This document shows, piece after piece, positions 52,687 to 63,284 of a stretch of 64,000 bases of DNA. Every line of letters starts with the position of its first letter. Positions within the stretch are counted from its first letter, which is position 1. The notes beneath the pieces were generated by a model. The model did no database searches. It saw only the letters and a program-made list of their open reading frames with translations, and had not been told where the DNA came from. The position numbers and the translations under genes were made by a program. Source of the DNA: Candidatus Latescibacterota bacterium (lineage in GTDB: Bacteria > Krumholzibacteriota > Krumholzibacteriia > WVZY01 > JAKEHA01); the NCBI GenBank assembly GCA_963707635.1, contig OY970173.1, positions 768,001 through 832,000 on the forward strand, written 5' to 3'.

Positions 52687-53559
52687 ATGAGCTTGCAAAC
52701 ACTAATTCCACTCGTGTTGAAAGCGACTGTATGGCTGAACGTCTTCGCGATTGGACTCCGAGCCAGCACACAGGACGCGACCTATTTGTTTCGCCGGCCC
52801 GGTGAACTGGTTCGCGCGCTCCTCGCCATGAGCGTGCTGATGCCCCTGTTCGCCGTCGCTCTTGTATTGATTTTTGATCTCCATCCGGCAGTGAAGATTG
52901 CGCTGGTCACGCTGTCTGTCTCCCCGATTCCTCCTCTCCTTCCGAAGAAACTGGTGAAGACGGGAGGAACCGCCTCGTACGCGATTGGATTGCTCGTCGC
53001 AATAGGCCTGCTGTCTATCATCTTCGTGCCACTCGCGATGGAGATAATCGAGCGAGTTCTCAAGGTGCCGCTGCAAATGACCGTAGCCTCGCTTGCCACG
53101 CTCATCTTCACTACGATCCTGCTTCCGATTGGGCTTGGGGTGGCGGTGCGCAGGTTTGCGCGTGCCCTGGCTGAACGCCTGGCAAGCCCGATCACACAAG
53201 TCGCGGTCATTGGGCTGCTGGCGTGCGTCGTCGCCATCCTGGTTGTGGCGGCGCCCATGATCTGGGGGCTCATGGGCAACGGCACCGGCATCGCGCTCGC
53301 TGCGTTCGTGCTCGTCGGCCTGGCGGTCGGCCATTTCCTTGGTGGACCGGAACCGGAGAATCGCACCGCCCTGGCCATATCGACTGCTTCGCGTCACCCG
53401 GGAATCGCGGTCGCGATCGCCCAGGCAAACTTTCCCGAGCAGAAACTCGCGATGGCGGCGGTGCTTCTATACCTGCTCGTCAACGCGGTTGTTTCGATCC
53501 CTTATCAAATCTGGGCCAAGCGCCGGCAGCCGGCCAGCGGCCAGCCGGAGAGAGCTTGA
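52687..53559 (+). CDS. Bile acid:sodium symporter family transporter
   Basis: Multi-TM; ALAISTASRHPGIA. Confidence 0.8.
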   Translation: MSLQTLIPLVLKATVWLNVFAIGLRASTQDATYLFRRPGELVRALLAMSVLMPLFAVALVLIFDLHPAVKIALVTLSVSPIPPLLPKKLVKTGGTASYAIGLLVAIGLLSIIFVPLAMEIIERVLKVPLQMTVASLATLIFTTILLPIGLGVAVRRFARALAERLASPITQVAVIGLLACVVAILVVAAPMIWGLMGNGTGIALAAFVLVGLAVGHFLGGPEPENRTALAISTASRHPGIAVAIAQANFPEQKLAMAAVLLYLLVNAVVSIPYQIWAKRRQPASGQPERA

Positions 53560-54314
53560 CGAATTCGAGCGACAAGAGCCTGAGCAAGGTTCCAGAAGTC
53601 ACACTCATCTTCTGGATCATCAAGATTGCGGCCACGACGCTTGGGGAAACCGGTGGTGATGCAGTCTCGATGTCGATGGGCCTTGGCTATCTGGTCGGGA
53701 CCGGAATTTTTGCTGCGCTCTTTGTCATTACTGTCGCCTTTCAGATTTCCGCGAAGCAGTTTCACCCATTGTTGTACTGGACAACCATTGTTGCCACGAC
53801 AACCGTGGGCACGACGCTGGCCGACTTTGCTGATCGTTCGTTGGGCATCGGTTATGCCGGCGGCACGGCGCTCCTGTTCACACTCCTCATATTATCGCTG
53901 TTCACCTGGTATCGTTCCCTCGGCTCCGTGTCGATCGATACTGTCAGCTCTCCAAGAGCAGAGATGTTCTATTGGGTGACGATCATGTTCTCCCAGACAC
54001 TCGGCACGGCTCTTGGCGATTGGACCGCCGATACGGCCGGCTTTGGCTACGCTCGCGCAGCCGTGTTGTTTGGGGCTCTGTTGGCCGTGGTTGCCGGCGC
54101 ATATTTTTGGACGCGAATATCTCGCACCCTGCTGTTCTGGGCAGCGTTCGTGCTCACTCGACCGCTGGGAGCGGTGATCGGCGATTTCCTCGACAAGCCT
54201 TTGGACGCAGGCGGACTTGCGTTAAGCCGCTACATGGCTTCCGCGGTGCTACTCGTGCTCATGGCGGCCTGTATTCTCCTCGTCCCGCAACGGGCGGCGA
54301 GAAAGTCCCACTGA
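53556..54314 (+). CDS. DUF347 (COG4705) membrane protein
   Basis: SKVPEVTLIFWIIKIAATTLGETGGD; TTG start overlapping upstream stop. Confidence 0.85.
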   Translation: MTNSSDKSLSKVPEVTLIFWIIKIAATTLGETGGDAVSMSMGLGYLVGTGIFAALFVITVAFQISAKQFHPLLYWTTIVATTTVGTTLADFADRSLGIGYAGGTALLFTLLILSLFTWYRSLGSVSIDTVSSPRAEMFYWVTIMFSQTLGTALGDWTADTAGFGYARAAVLFGALLAVVAGAYFWTRISRTLLFWAAFVLTRPLGAVIGDFLDKPLDAGGLALSRYMASAVLLVLMAACILLVPQRAARKSH

Positions 54315-54377
54315 CTCGGCACATTTCGTCGGTCGCGGGGATCATCGCATGGGCCTTCTGCATCCGGAGCGATTCAA

Positions 54378-55184
54378 ATGCGGATGATGCGCGAGAATCG
54401 CTGGATCAGTCGCGCTGGGGCCGTCATGACGGCGTTCGTCATCATGCCCTTCCCACTGACGTTTCAGAATGCCCGGGAAGCAGTGGTTGCCGCCGCTCTA
54501 CGCGACGGGGATGCAGCCTCCGAGGCGTTCGACAACGAAACGGCGCGCCTCTGCTATCAGCGCGCCTTCGCAATCGATTCCACGCATTGTGACGTTCTCT
54601 GCAGCCTCGCGCGGGCGAATATTCAACGCGGATTGATCGGCCCGGAAGACGAAAAAGCTGGCTGGTTCGCCTCCAGCGAGGAGCTCTCGCGTCGGAGCGT
54701 CTCGCTTTGCCCCGACTCCTCGGAAGCGCATTTCATTCTGGCGGTTGCCATCGGCCAGATGACCAGAGTGGTGGGTGGCAAGCGTCGCATCGAGCTTTCC
54801 AAAGACGTCAAGCGCGAGGCGGAGACGACGTTGTCCCTCGATCCGAGGCATTTTGGCGCCATGCATGTCCTCGGAAGGTGGAACTACGAGGTGGCCGGTC
54901 TGGGATGGTTCTCGAGGCTGGCGGCAAAGGTCGTTTACGGCGGTGTGCCCCCTGGAGCGAGCTACCAGCAAGCGAAGGAATGGTTCGAGCGCGCCATCGC
55001 CATCCGGCCCGACATGCCGCTCAACCATCTCTGGCTCGGTGAAACGCTGATCAAGCTCCGCGACTACCAAGGCGCGCGCGGGGAACTGCAGACGTGCCTC
55101 GATCTCGACGATGTGCTCTGGGACGATGCTCTCACCAGGGCCCTGGCGCAGAAGAAACTGCGGGACATCGAGGGCAAGAAATGA
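54378..55184 (+). CDS. TPR-repeat protein
   Basis: Helical repeats; HVLGRWNYEV. Confidence 0.75.
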   Translation: MRMMRENRWISRAGAVMTAFVIMPFPLTFQNAREAVVAAALRDGDAASEAFDNETARLCYQRAFAIDSTHCDVLCSLARANIQRGLIGPEDEKAGWFASSEELSRRSVSLCPDSSEAHFILAVAIGQMTRVVGGKRRIELSKDVKREAETTLSLDPRHFGAMHVLGRWNYEVAGLGWFSRLAAKVVYGGVPPGASYQQAKEWFERAIAIRPDMPLNHLWLGETLIKLRDYQGARGELQTCLDLDDVLWDDALTRALAQKKLRDIEGKK

Positions 55185-55216
55185 TGGCGTTCGCGCCGTA
55201 GTGCGCGAGGTGCAAG

Positions 55217-56077
55217 TTGATGCTCTCACTCTGGCGACGCCTGCCCACAATCGCGCGTGCCGTGATCACGGGGCTCGCGGTCACTGCTGCAGGGACGCTC
55301 CCGTGGGTGCTGCTCGTGACATGGAACCAGCGTGTGTTCCCAGGCTTGCCCTGGGCCACCTTGCCGATGGCGCTGTATCTCTGGCTGTATTGGAAGTATC
55401 TCAACGGCTCGGGTTGGCCACGTACGACCGCGGAGGCCCGTCGCACGAGCCTTCGCGCCAACCATCTTTCGAGCGATCTTTGGGGCATGTCGCTGGTTGC
55501 TGGAATCATGGGTCTTGCTGCGCTCCTGCCGCTGCTCGGAATCATGAGCCGTCTGGTGAGACTCCCGGCCGAATCACAAGCGATCAACGCGCCCCCACAA
55601 ATGCCGGTTGTCACGGTGTTTCTCCTGCTCGTCATGGCATCGATCGTCGCCGGCGTGGTCGAGGAAGCGGGGTTTCGCGGCTACATGCAGGGGCCGATAG
55701 AGCGGAGACACGGGCCCGTCGTGGCGATCCTGTTGAACGGTGCACTGTTCGGAATCGGCCACTACATGCATCATCCGGCGTCAATTGTGGCGATGCTGCC
55801 GTACTATCTCGCTGTCGCCGCCGTCTACGGCGGGCTCGCGTACGCCACGAATTCGATTCTTCCGGCAATCGGACTGCACGCTGGCGGCGACGTGTTCTCT
55901 CTCACACGCTTGTGGACTACCGGACAGCCGGAGTGGCAAGTGTCCGCTAACCCTCCGACGCTGATCTGGGAGACGGGCGCGGACGCTGCGTTCTGGGGCT
56001 ACGTCGCCGCCTTCCTTCTGCTCGGCGCCGGCGCGGTGTGGGCGTACTCCGCGCTTGCCCGCGCCGCGCGAGCGTGA
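55217..56077 (+). CDS. CPBP (CAAX/Abi) intramembrane metalloprotease
   Basis: EEAGFRG, FGIGH, LHAGGD. Confidence 0.88.
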   Translation: MMLSLWRRLPTIARAVITGLAVTAAGTLPWVLLVTWNQRVFPGLPWATLPMALYLWLYWKYLNGSGWPRTTAEARRTSLRANHLSSDLWGMSLVAGIMGLAALLPLLGIMSRLVRLPAESQAINAPPQMPVVTVFLLLVMASIVAGVVEEAGFRGYMQGPIERRHGPVVAILLNGALFGIGHYMHHPASIVAMLPYYLAVAAVYGGLAYATNSILPAIGLHAGGDVFSLTRLWTTGQPEWQVSANPPTLIWETGADAAFWGYVAAFLLLGAGAVWAYSALARAARA

Positions 56078-56207
56078 TGCCTCTGGGAGATTGGACACTG
56101 GTAACTGGGAACCTATCTGGCAGGGGGGTGTTCGCAGCGTTAGATTCCAGCGAACTTGCCGTTCGATACTATCGGGGCCCGAGCTTCGCCCCAGACGGGA
56201 GTCCCCT

Positions 56208-57788
56208 ATGGCTGCTCGATCGCTAGTACGCCTCGCCGTCTGTATCCTGGCGGTGTCTGCCGGCGTTCCTTCCGCATTCGGCTCCGGCGAACCCCAGGAG
56301 TCGTATCTCTACAAGAACTTCGTCCGGGCGTCGGAGGTGCTGAATCGTGCAGTGGCGGCGCACGGAGGCGCTGAACTGCTCGATCGAGCGCTCGACGTTC
56401 GAATCACGTTCACCGGTACGTATCGCGACGAGGGCCATTTCGCCCGCCCCTGGGCCCATATGGACTACCGGATGGATGGGACCACGCTCTATTCCGCCGA
56501 CTTGCGGGCAATGAAGCAAGAAGCGACGTCCCTCGAGGAAGAAGGGCCGGTGCCGTCCTTCATCATCGTAGGCCCGATAAACGGACTCAAGCTGAACCGG
56601 TGGGCGAGTCGGCCGGATTCCATTCCGGAGACGGACCTCGAGGGCTCGCGGAGGGAAGCGCTCGAGGTTCTGCCGCATGAGTATCTGCGCCAGGCACGCG
56701 CCGGAGCCGCCAGCCTCCGACTGCTCTCCGGTCCCAAGGGCTACGACGTGCTCACCTACACCCTGGACAACGGCGAGGCGCGGGCGCTCTTTTTCGACAC
56801 CAGGACCCATCTCCTGATGCGCGTGGAACGAATCGGTCACTGGAAGCACAAAGGGGATCGGCTGGAGTGGCGGACGTTTGCGGACTACGTCGACCGGAAC
56901 GGAATCCGGGTACCGCTGCACTCCGAAGTCCACTTCGAGGACAGCTCCACCCAGCGCAACGTCATCTCCGAAATAAACAGGATCGAGTTCGGCGCGGCGG
57001 TGAGCGCCGATGAGTTCGCGATTCCCGCCGCCTATCGATCCGGACTCGAGGGATGGACCCTCCAGCAGTCGAAGGCGGAGAATCGGGACGAGCTGTTGCC
57101 GTTGCACGATCTCGGGCAGGGAGTCTTCATCATCGATCTTCCCCCCAGCACCGCCCGGTCGTTGCTGGTGGCCTTCTCCGACTTTTCCGCAATCGTGGAA
57201 GCCGGCGACTACAGCGAGATATCCGAGAGAGTACTGGCGACCGCCGATCATGTGCTGCCCGACCAGCCCGTTCGCTATGTCGCCATGACTCATCACCACC
57301 CGCTCTACGCCAACGGACTCCGGCCCTACGCGCAGCGCGGGATCACCATCCTGACCACGAAAGACAACGTCGAGTACCTTCGCGACCTGACCACGCGACC
57401 GTATCGGATTCACCCCGATGCCCAGCAGCACCAACCGCGCGCGCCCAAGTTCGAAGTGATCGACGGAACCAAAGTCATCACGGATGGAAAGCAACGATTG
57501 GAGCTGTACGAGTTCGATTACTCCACCCACACGGACGAGTATGTGTTGCCGTATCTTTCCAGTCACAAACTGATCGTGACCGGTGATATGGTCTACATTC
57601 TCCGCGACGCGCCGCTCGGCCCCGCGCGCCGCCGCGAACTGGCCATTCACCGTGTCGTCGCCGAGCGGGGGCTGGACGTCGAGTCCATCATGCAGACCTG
57701 GTTTTTGGCCGAGACCGACTCGCTCGTTCCGTACTCGGTCCTTGAGGAGAAGGTTCGGCTGGCGGAAGCGAAGGACTCGAAGAAATGA
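56208..57788 (+). CDS. Secreted MBL-fold protein
   Basis: Signal peptide; THHHP, HTDE, TGD degenerate MBL motifs. Confidence 0.7.
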   Translation: MAARSLVRLAVCILAVSAGVPSAFGSGEPQESYLYKNFVRASEVLNRAVAAHGGAELLDRALDVRITFTGTYRDEGHFARPWAHMDYRMDGTTLYSADLRAMKQEATSLEEEGPVPSFIIVGPINGLKLNRWASRPDSIPETDLEGSRREALEVLPHEYLRQARAGAASLRLLSGPKGYDVLTYTLDNGEARALFFDTRTHLLMRVERIGHWKHKGDRLEWRTFADYVDRNGIRVPLHSEVHFEDSSTQRNVISEINRIEFGAAVSADEFAIPAAYRSGLEGWTLQQSKAENRDELLPLHDLGQGVFIIDLPPSTARSLLVAFSDFSAIVEAGDYSEISERVLATADHVLPDQPVRYVAMTHHHPLYANGLRPYAQRGITILTTKDNVEYLRDLTTRPYRIHPDAQQHQPRAPKFEVIDGTKVITDGKQRLELYEFDYSTHTDEYVLPYLSSHKLIVTGDMVYILRDAPLGPARRRELAIHRVVAERGLDVESIMQTWFLAETDSLVPYSVLEEKVRLAEAKDSKK

Positions 57789-57837
57789 CCGTCGTCAAGA
57801 AGCCGCACGGCAGGGAAGTGGAGTGCTCGAAGGACGC

Positions 57838-58305
57838 ATGAACCCAAGCCTTCTCGCCCTCATGCTGTGCGCTGCGGCCGCCGCGCTCGAGGGGTTGGCT
57901 GCTGGCGGCGGCGTCCGGGCGCGGTTTGCCGAACTGCGCTTGCCGCCATTCTCGCCGCCGCTTGCCGTGTGGATCGGCATCGGCGTCGGTTATTACTTCA
58001 TCTGTTTTGTCATCCTCAGCCGCTTGCTTGCGACTCCGCTGGCCGGCGCCGCCCCGGGCAGGCTCGCGCTTGGGCTCGTCTGCTCGCTCATGCTGGCCAA
58101 CGCCGCATGGGGCCTGCTGTTCTTTCGCCGCAAGGATCTGCGCTTGAGCTTCCTGGCGCTTCCACCGTATGCAGTCCTGACGCTTGCCCTCGGGATAACC
58201 TTGTCAACTGTGGATCGAGTCGCCGCGCTGGTCCTGCTGCCGTATCTGCTGTACCTCATCTATGCGACCTGGTGGGGCTGCCGTCTGTGGCGCCTGAATG
58301 CCTAG
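57838..58305 (+). CDS. TspO/MBR family protein
   Basis: LPPFSPP, NAAWGLLFF, LLPYLLY. Confidence 0.82.
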   Translation: MNPSLLALMLCAAAAALEGLAAGGGVRARFAELRLPPFSPPLAVWIGIGVGYYFICFVILSRLLATPLAGAAPGRLALGLVCSLMLANAAWGLLFFRRKDLRLSFLALPPYAVLTLALGITLSTVDRVAALVLLPYLLYLIYATWWGCRLWRLNA

Positions 58306-58332
58306 AACGGATCCGTCAGGTATACTCCGTTA

Positions 58333-59160
58333 ATGACACCGAAGCAGGCATCGGATACGTGGGAAAGCGGTAGAGTCTACGAGCAATACATAGGCCGGTG
58401 GAGCCGACGGGTCGCGCCACTGTTTCTCTCCTGGTTGAACTTTCCGGCCGAACGTCGCTGGCTGGATGTGGGATGCGGCACCGGAGCACTGTGCGCTGTG
58501 ATTCTGGACCAGTGCGCGCCCGCGTCGGTCGTGGGCGTGGAACCGTCGGAACGATTCCTCGAGAGCGCCCGGGAACGGTTCGCTGGCCGGGCTCTGTTTC
58601 ATCATGGAAGTGCCACGGAGATCCCGCTAGAGGCCGCATGTGTCGATGCGACCGTGTCGGGACTGGTCCTGAACTTCGTCCAGGATCAACCGGCAGCGCT
58701 GGCCGAGATGGCCCGCGTGACCGTACCAGGCGGGACGATCGCGGCGTACGTCTGGGACTATGCGGGAAAGATGGAGATGCTGCGCGCCTTCTGGGACGCG
58801 GCGATCGAACTTGACCCGGATGCGGCGAACTTTGATGAGGGAGCTCGCTTCCCGCTGTGTCGGCCGGAGGCGCTCACTGACCTGTTTACACGCGCCGGGT
58901 TGGGTGACGTCACGGTGACGACCATCGACATTCCCACGCACTTCACGACTTTTGACGACTACTGGCATCCGTTCCTCGGCGGCCAGGGCCCCGCGCCGTC
59001 ATACGCCGTGGCTCTCGATGAGTCGGCAAGAATGAGACTACGGGACCGGATAAGGGAGAGCATCCCTGTCCAATCGAACGGTTCGATCTCCCTGACGGCT
59101 CGGGCCTGGGCGGTGCGAGCGATCGTCGCGGACCGCGAAGGCCAGTCGCGCGGGAGGTGA
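58333..59160 (+). CDS. Class I SAM-dependent methyltransferase
   Basis: WLDVGCGTG. Confidence 0.9.
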   Translation: MTPKQASDTWESGRVYEQYIGRWSRRVAPLFLSWLNFPAERRWLDVGCGTGALCAVILDQCAPASVVGVEPSERFLESARERFAGRALFHHGSATEIPLEAACVDATVSGLVLNFVQDQPAALAEMARVTVPGGTIAAYVWDYAGKMEMLRAFWDAAIELDPDAANFDEGARFPLCRPEALTDLFTRAGLGDVTVTTIDIPTHFTTFDDYWHPFLGGQGPAPSYAVALDESARMRLRDRIRESIPVQSNGSISLTARAWAVRAIVADREGQSRGR

Positions 59161-60098
59161 CGTTGGAATCCATTGCGCCAAACGTGCTGGGGGGAATCGG
59201 CAATACGCCGCTGGTCCAGTTGCGACACGTGGTTCCGGACGGCTGTGCCCGCGTGGTCGCAAAGTTGGAATCGACGAATCCGACGGGCAGCATGAAGGAC
59301 CGCATGGCCGACGCGGCGGTCGCGCGCGCGGAAGCCGACGGGCGCCTTCGCCCCGGCGGAACGGTGGTCGAGTACACGTCGGGAACCACGGGCATCTCGC
59401 TGGCTTTGGTATGCGCGGCAAAAGGGTACGGGCTGGAGATCGTTTTTTCGGACGCGTTCAGCGACGACAAGCGACGCACGCTGCGGGCGTTCGGAGCGCA
59501 CGTGACCGACGTGCCGAGCGACCACCAGAAGATCACCGAGGCACTGATCAAGAACATGATCAAGACGGCGGCGGATCTAAGCCGACGGCCCGGCCACTGG
59601 TACTGCGATCAGCTCAACAACCATGATGGCATCGAGGGATATGTCCCGCTCGGCGAGGAGATCTGGCGGCAGACCGAAGGGCGGGTGGACGCATTCGTCC
59701 ACGCCGTGGGCACGGCCCATTCGATCCACGGCGTGACCCGGGCGTTGAGGAGCCACCGCCAGGTCCGAATCGTCGCCGTCGAACCCGCGGAGTCCGCCGT
59801 TCTCTCCGCAAAGCCGTCGGGTGCCCACCAGATCGAAGGCATCGGCATTGGATTTCTGCCTCCGCTCTGGCGCCCGGAACTCGTCGACGAAATCCAAACC
59901 GTCACCACCCACGATGCCTACCAGATGGCCCGACGATTGGCTCGCGAGGAAGGTATCTTCGCGGGCGGTTCTTCGGGCGCGAATGTGGTGGCAGCGATTC
60001 GCGTTGCCCAGCGACTCGGACCCGACGCCACCGTCGCCACGATCATCGTCGACTCCGGGCTGCGCTACTTGAGCACCGACATCTATCGCGGCGATTAG
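59157..60098 (+). CDS. Cysteine synthase family PLP enzyme
   Basis: IGNTPLV, NPTGSMKDR, HQIEGIG, GGSSGAN, DSGLRYLS. Confidence 0.9.
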   Translation: MTLESIAPNVLGGIGNTPLVQLRHVVPDGCARVVAKLESTNPTGSMKDRMADAAVARAEADGRLRPGGTVVEYTSGTTGISLALVCAAKGYGLEIVFSDAFSDDKRRTLRAFGAHVTDVPSDHQKITEALIKNMIKTAADLSRRPGHWYCDQLNNHDGIEGYVPLGEEIWRQTEGRVDAFVHAVGTAHSIHGVTRALRSHRQVRIVAVEPAESAVLSAKPSGAHQIEGIGIGFLPPLWRPELVDEIQTVTTHDAYQMARRLAREEGIFAGGSSGANVVAAIRVAQRLGPDATVATIIVDSGLRYLSTDIYRGD

Positions 60099-60240
60099 GC
60101 ACTGAACCCCGTTGTTACTTTGCGGTGGTACGATGCGCGGGTGGACGACTACGATGCGCTGGTATAGATTGAGGGTGAAGCCCACTCGCATTGAACAAAC
60201 AGAGACCACAGCAACCGTGAAAAACATCACGACCTGGAAG

Positions 60241-61695
60241 ATGGAATTTCTCTGCGGCTTGACGCAGCTGGTCGTAGCGAGGCGATCCGCAGCCGGACTG
60301 GCAGCGGCGGTTACGCTTGCGGTCGCTCTCGCGTACGTGGCGAAGCCGGAACTCTCCGGTGCTGCTCAGGAAAAACCCAACATCGTCATAATCCTCGCGG
60401 ACAACCTCGGCTATGGCGAGCTTGCCTGCTACGGCAGCGTCCGCATGGTCGGGACGCCGCGCATCGACAGCCTGGCCGCCGAGGGCTTGCGGCTTGCCAA
60501 TTTCAACGTCGAGTCCTGGTGTTCGCCATCGCGTTCGGCCCTGCTAACGGGTCGCTTCGGGGTCCGTTCCGGTACGGACTCCCTCGCGGCGTCCGGTCCG
60601 AAGGGCATGGTGCAGTGGGAGGTAACGCTGGCGGAGCTGTTGTCCGCCCGCGGCTACGCCACCGCCCACTACGGTAAATGGCATCTCGGCGACCAGGAGG
60701 GACGCTTTCCGACCGATCAAGGTTTCGACGAGTGGTACGGCATCGCGAATAGTTGGGATGAGGGCATGATCACGTCGAAGCCGGACTACATCCCCAAAGA
60801 GGCCGATATGCCTTACATCCTCGAAGGCATCAAGGGTCAGAAGACTCAGGAGGTCGGAATCTTTGACGTGGAGGCCGGGCGGATGATTGACCGCGAGCTG
60901 ACCGACAAATCGGTCGCATACATCCAGCGCAACGCACAGGCAAAACGGCCGTTCTTTCTCTACGTGCCGATAGCCGCCGTGCATCGGCCGGTGTATTCCC
61001 ATCCCGATTTCACCGATAAATCCGGGGCCGGCCTGATCGGCGATGCCGTGATGGGGATGGACTTCAACGTCGGCCTCATCCTCGACGCCATCAAGCAGGC
61101 TGGCATCGAAGACAACACCATTTTCATCTTCGCCAGCGACAACGGTCCCGACTTCGGCGATCCATGGAGGGGTACCGCCGGTCCCTGGAACGGGAGCTTC
61201 AAGACGGCGATGGAAGGCTCGCTGCGCACCCCGTGTATCATCCGTTGGCCCGGTCGCATCCCGGCCGGGCGGGTGAGCAACGAGATCGTGCACATCACCG
61301 ACTTGTTTACGACGCTGGCCAGGGCTGCGGGTGCGAAAGTTCCGAACGACCGCGCGATCGATGGTGTGGACCAGATGGATTTCTTCACCGGCAAGCAGGA
61401 AAAATCGAACCGCGAAGGCTTCCCGGTCTATGCGTACGGCCATCTCTATGCCGTGAAATGGCACGACTGGAAGATGCATTTTGTGTGGCGGCCGCTGGCC
61501 ACGCTGGAACCGGAGACGATCAGGAAACTTTTCAACCTGCGTAGCGACCCGAAGGAAGAAGTGGACGTATTTTGGCAGAACACCTGGACCCAAGCGCCGA
61601 TAGAAAAGATCGCTACCGATTTCGAAGCCACGCTGGCGAAGTATCCGCTCATCGCGCCCGGCACCCCCGATCCATATCGACTACCGAAGAAGTAG
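60241..61695 (+). CDS. Arylsulfatase (start uncertain)
   Basis: PNIVIILAD, CSPSR sulfatase signature, GKWHLG, SDNG. Confidence 0.9.
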   Translation: MEFLCGLTQLVVARRSAAGLAAAVTLAVALAYVAKPELSGAAQEKPNIVIILADNLGYGELACYGSVRMVGTPRIDSLAAEGLRLANFNVESWCSPSRSALLTGRFGVRSGTDSLAASGPKGMVQWEVTLAELLSARGYATAHYGKWHLGDQEGRFPTDQGFDEWYGIANSWDEGMITSKPDYIPKEADMPYILEGIKGQKTQEVGIFDVEAGRMIDRELTDKSVAYIQRNAQAKRPFFLYVPIAAVHRPVYSHPDFTDKSGAGLIGDAVMGMDFNVGLILDAIKQAGIEDNTIFIFASDNGPDFGDPWRGTAGPWNGSFKTAMEGSLRTPCIIRWPGRIPAGRVSNEIVHITDLFTTLARAAGAKVPNDRAIDGVDQMDFFTGKQEKSNREGFPVYAYGHLYAVKWHDWKMHFVWRPLATLEPETIRKLFNLRSDPKEEVDVFWQNTWTQAPIEKIATDFEATLAKYPLIAPGTPDPYRLPKK

Positions 61696-61769
61696 CTGGC
61701 GACGTCGCGCAGTGAGTCAAGGTGCTGAACGGCCATGAATGGTCAGGTGAAGACGAGGTAGGAGCTGAT

Positions 61770-62249
61770 ATGAAACCCGTAATGATCCTTTTCGCTTTGA
61801 TGTTCGCGAGCGCGATCGCAGTCGGTCAGGGGACTGCGGAATCCAGCGAGAAAGCAACCATGACTGCACGGGGAACGTTCGATGTAAAGCTGGCCCCGCA
61901 GCCTGCTGACAGCACGGGCGGGCCGTTCGGCCGCCTGACTTTCGACAAACAGTTCCACGGCGACATCGAGGCGGCCAGCAAGGGACAGATGCTGGGCGCT
62001 TATACTGCGGTCGAAGGCTCGGGCGCGTATGTCGCGCTGGAACTGGTGACCGGCGTTCTCAATGGGAAGACGGGAAGCTTCATGCTTCAGCACAAGGGGA
62101 CCATGCAAAAAGGCGCGTACGCGCTGGACGTGACGGTGGTCCCGGATTCGGGGACCGATCAATTGACCGGGATCGCGGGCACGATGACTATCATCATCGA
62201 CGCCAACAAGCACTCGTACCAGTTCGAGTACACACTCGAGAAAGAATGA
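61770..62249 (+). CDS. DUF3224 protein with signal peptide
   Basis: KQFHGDI, GAYVALE, VVPDSGT. Confidence 0.85.
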   Translation: MKPVMILFALMFASAIAVGQGTAESSEKATMTARGTFDVKLAPQPADSTGGPFGRLTFDKQFHGDIEAASKGQMLGAYTAVEGSGAYVALELVTGVLNGKTGSFMLQHKGTMQKGAYALDVTVVPDSGTDQLTGIAGTMTIIIDANKHSYQFEYTLEKE

Positions 62250-62270
62250 GCGAAGGAACCCTGGAAGGCC

Positions 62271-62657
62271 ATGAAACCCAATCACGCCGCACCCAAGAAT
62301 ATCGATCAGTACATTGCGGGGTTCCCGAGTGATGTTCGGGAGACTCTGGAAAAGATAAGGATGACGATCCGGAAAGCGGCGCCAGATGCGGAAGAGGCCA
62401 TCAAGTACCAGCTGCCGACTTTCGTTTTGAAAGGCAATCTGGTTCATTTTGGTGCCTTCAGGCAGCACATCGGGTTCTATCCCACATCGACCGCAACCGC
62501 GAAGTTCGCGAAAGAGCTGTCTGCCTACGAAGGAGCCAAGGGCTCGGTGAAGTTCGCGTTCGACAAGCCCATTCCATTCGCCCTGATCAGCAGGATTGTG
62601 AAGTTCAGGGCGAAGGAGAACCTGGACCGGGCAGCCGCGAGAGCGAAGAAGAAATAG
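62271..62657 (+). CDS. DUF1801 (YdhG-like) protein
   Basis: IDQYIAGFP, HIGFYP, KGSVKF. Confidence 0.88.
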   Translation: MKPNHAAPKNIDQYIAGFPSDVRETLEKIRMTIRKAAPDAEEAIKYQLPTFVLKGNLVHFGAFRQHIGFYPTSTATAKFAKELSAYEGAKGSVKFAFDKPIPFALISRIVKFRAKENLDRAAARAKKK

Positions 62658-62663
62658 GCCGCC

Positions 62664-63284
62664 ATGGATAACGCGATCCCTCCCCAGAACGGTCCCGGGA
62701 CTCCCGATCCCTCCACGACCGCCGTCCTGCTGGCGCGCGCGCGCTCCGGAGACGTGGGGGCGCGCGAGGAGCTCTTTCAGCGGTTCCTGCCGACGCTGCG
62801 CCGCTGGGCGCACCGGCGGCTCCCGCTTCGCGCCCGCGACCTCACCGAGACGGCCGACCTGGTGCAGATCACGCTACTGCGCGCGCTCAACCGCATGGAC
62901 CAGTTCGAGGCCCGCGGCGAGGGCGCATTTCTCGGCTACCTCCGGCAGATTCTTTTGAACGTCGTGCGCGAGGAGATTCGACGCTCCGGACGGCGCGGCA
63001 CCCAGGAGTCGCTGCACGAAACGCTGGCCTCACCCGACGCGTCGGTGATCGAACAGATCGTCGGACACGACCAGATGGAGCATTACCAGCGCGGCCTCGA
63101 GTTGCTGGACGAAGAGCAGCGACTGGCCGTTCTCCTGCGTCTCGAGTTCGGTTACACCTATGCGCAGATCGCGGACGCCCTGGGAAAGCCCAGCCCGGAC
63201 GCCGCGCGCATGATGGTCGGGCGGGCATTCGTGGAGCTCGCGCGGATTATCGACGACGGCCATGCCGGACGATCCAGTTCTTGA
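62664..63284 (+). CDS. ECF sigma factor
   Basis: ARSGD, DLVQ, YTYAQIADALGK. Confidence 0.88.
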   Translation: MDNAIPPQNGPGTPDPSTTAVLLARARSGDVGAREELFQRFLPTLRRWAHRRLPLRARDLTETADLVQITLLRALNRMDQFEARGEGAFLGYLRQILLNVVREEIRRSGRRGTQESLHETLASPDASVIEQIVGHDQMEHYQRGLELLDEEQRLAVLLRLEFGYTYAQIADALGKPSPDAARMMVGRAFVELARIIDDGHAGRSSS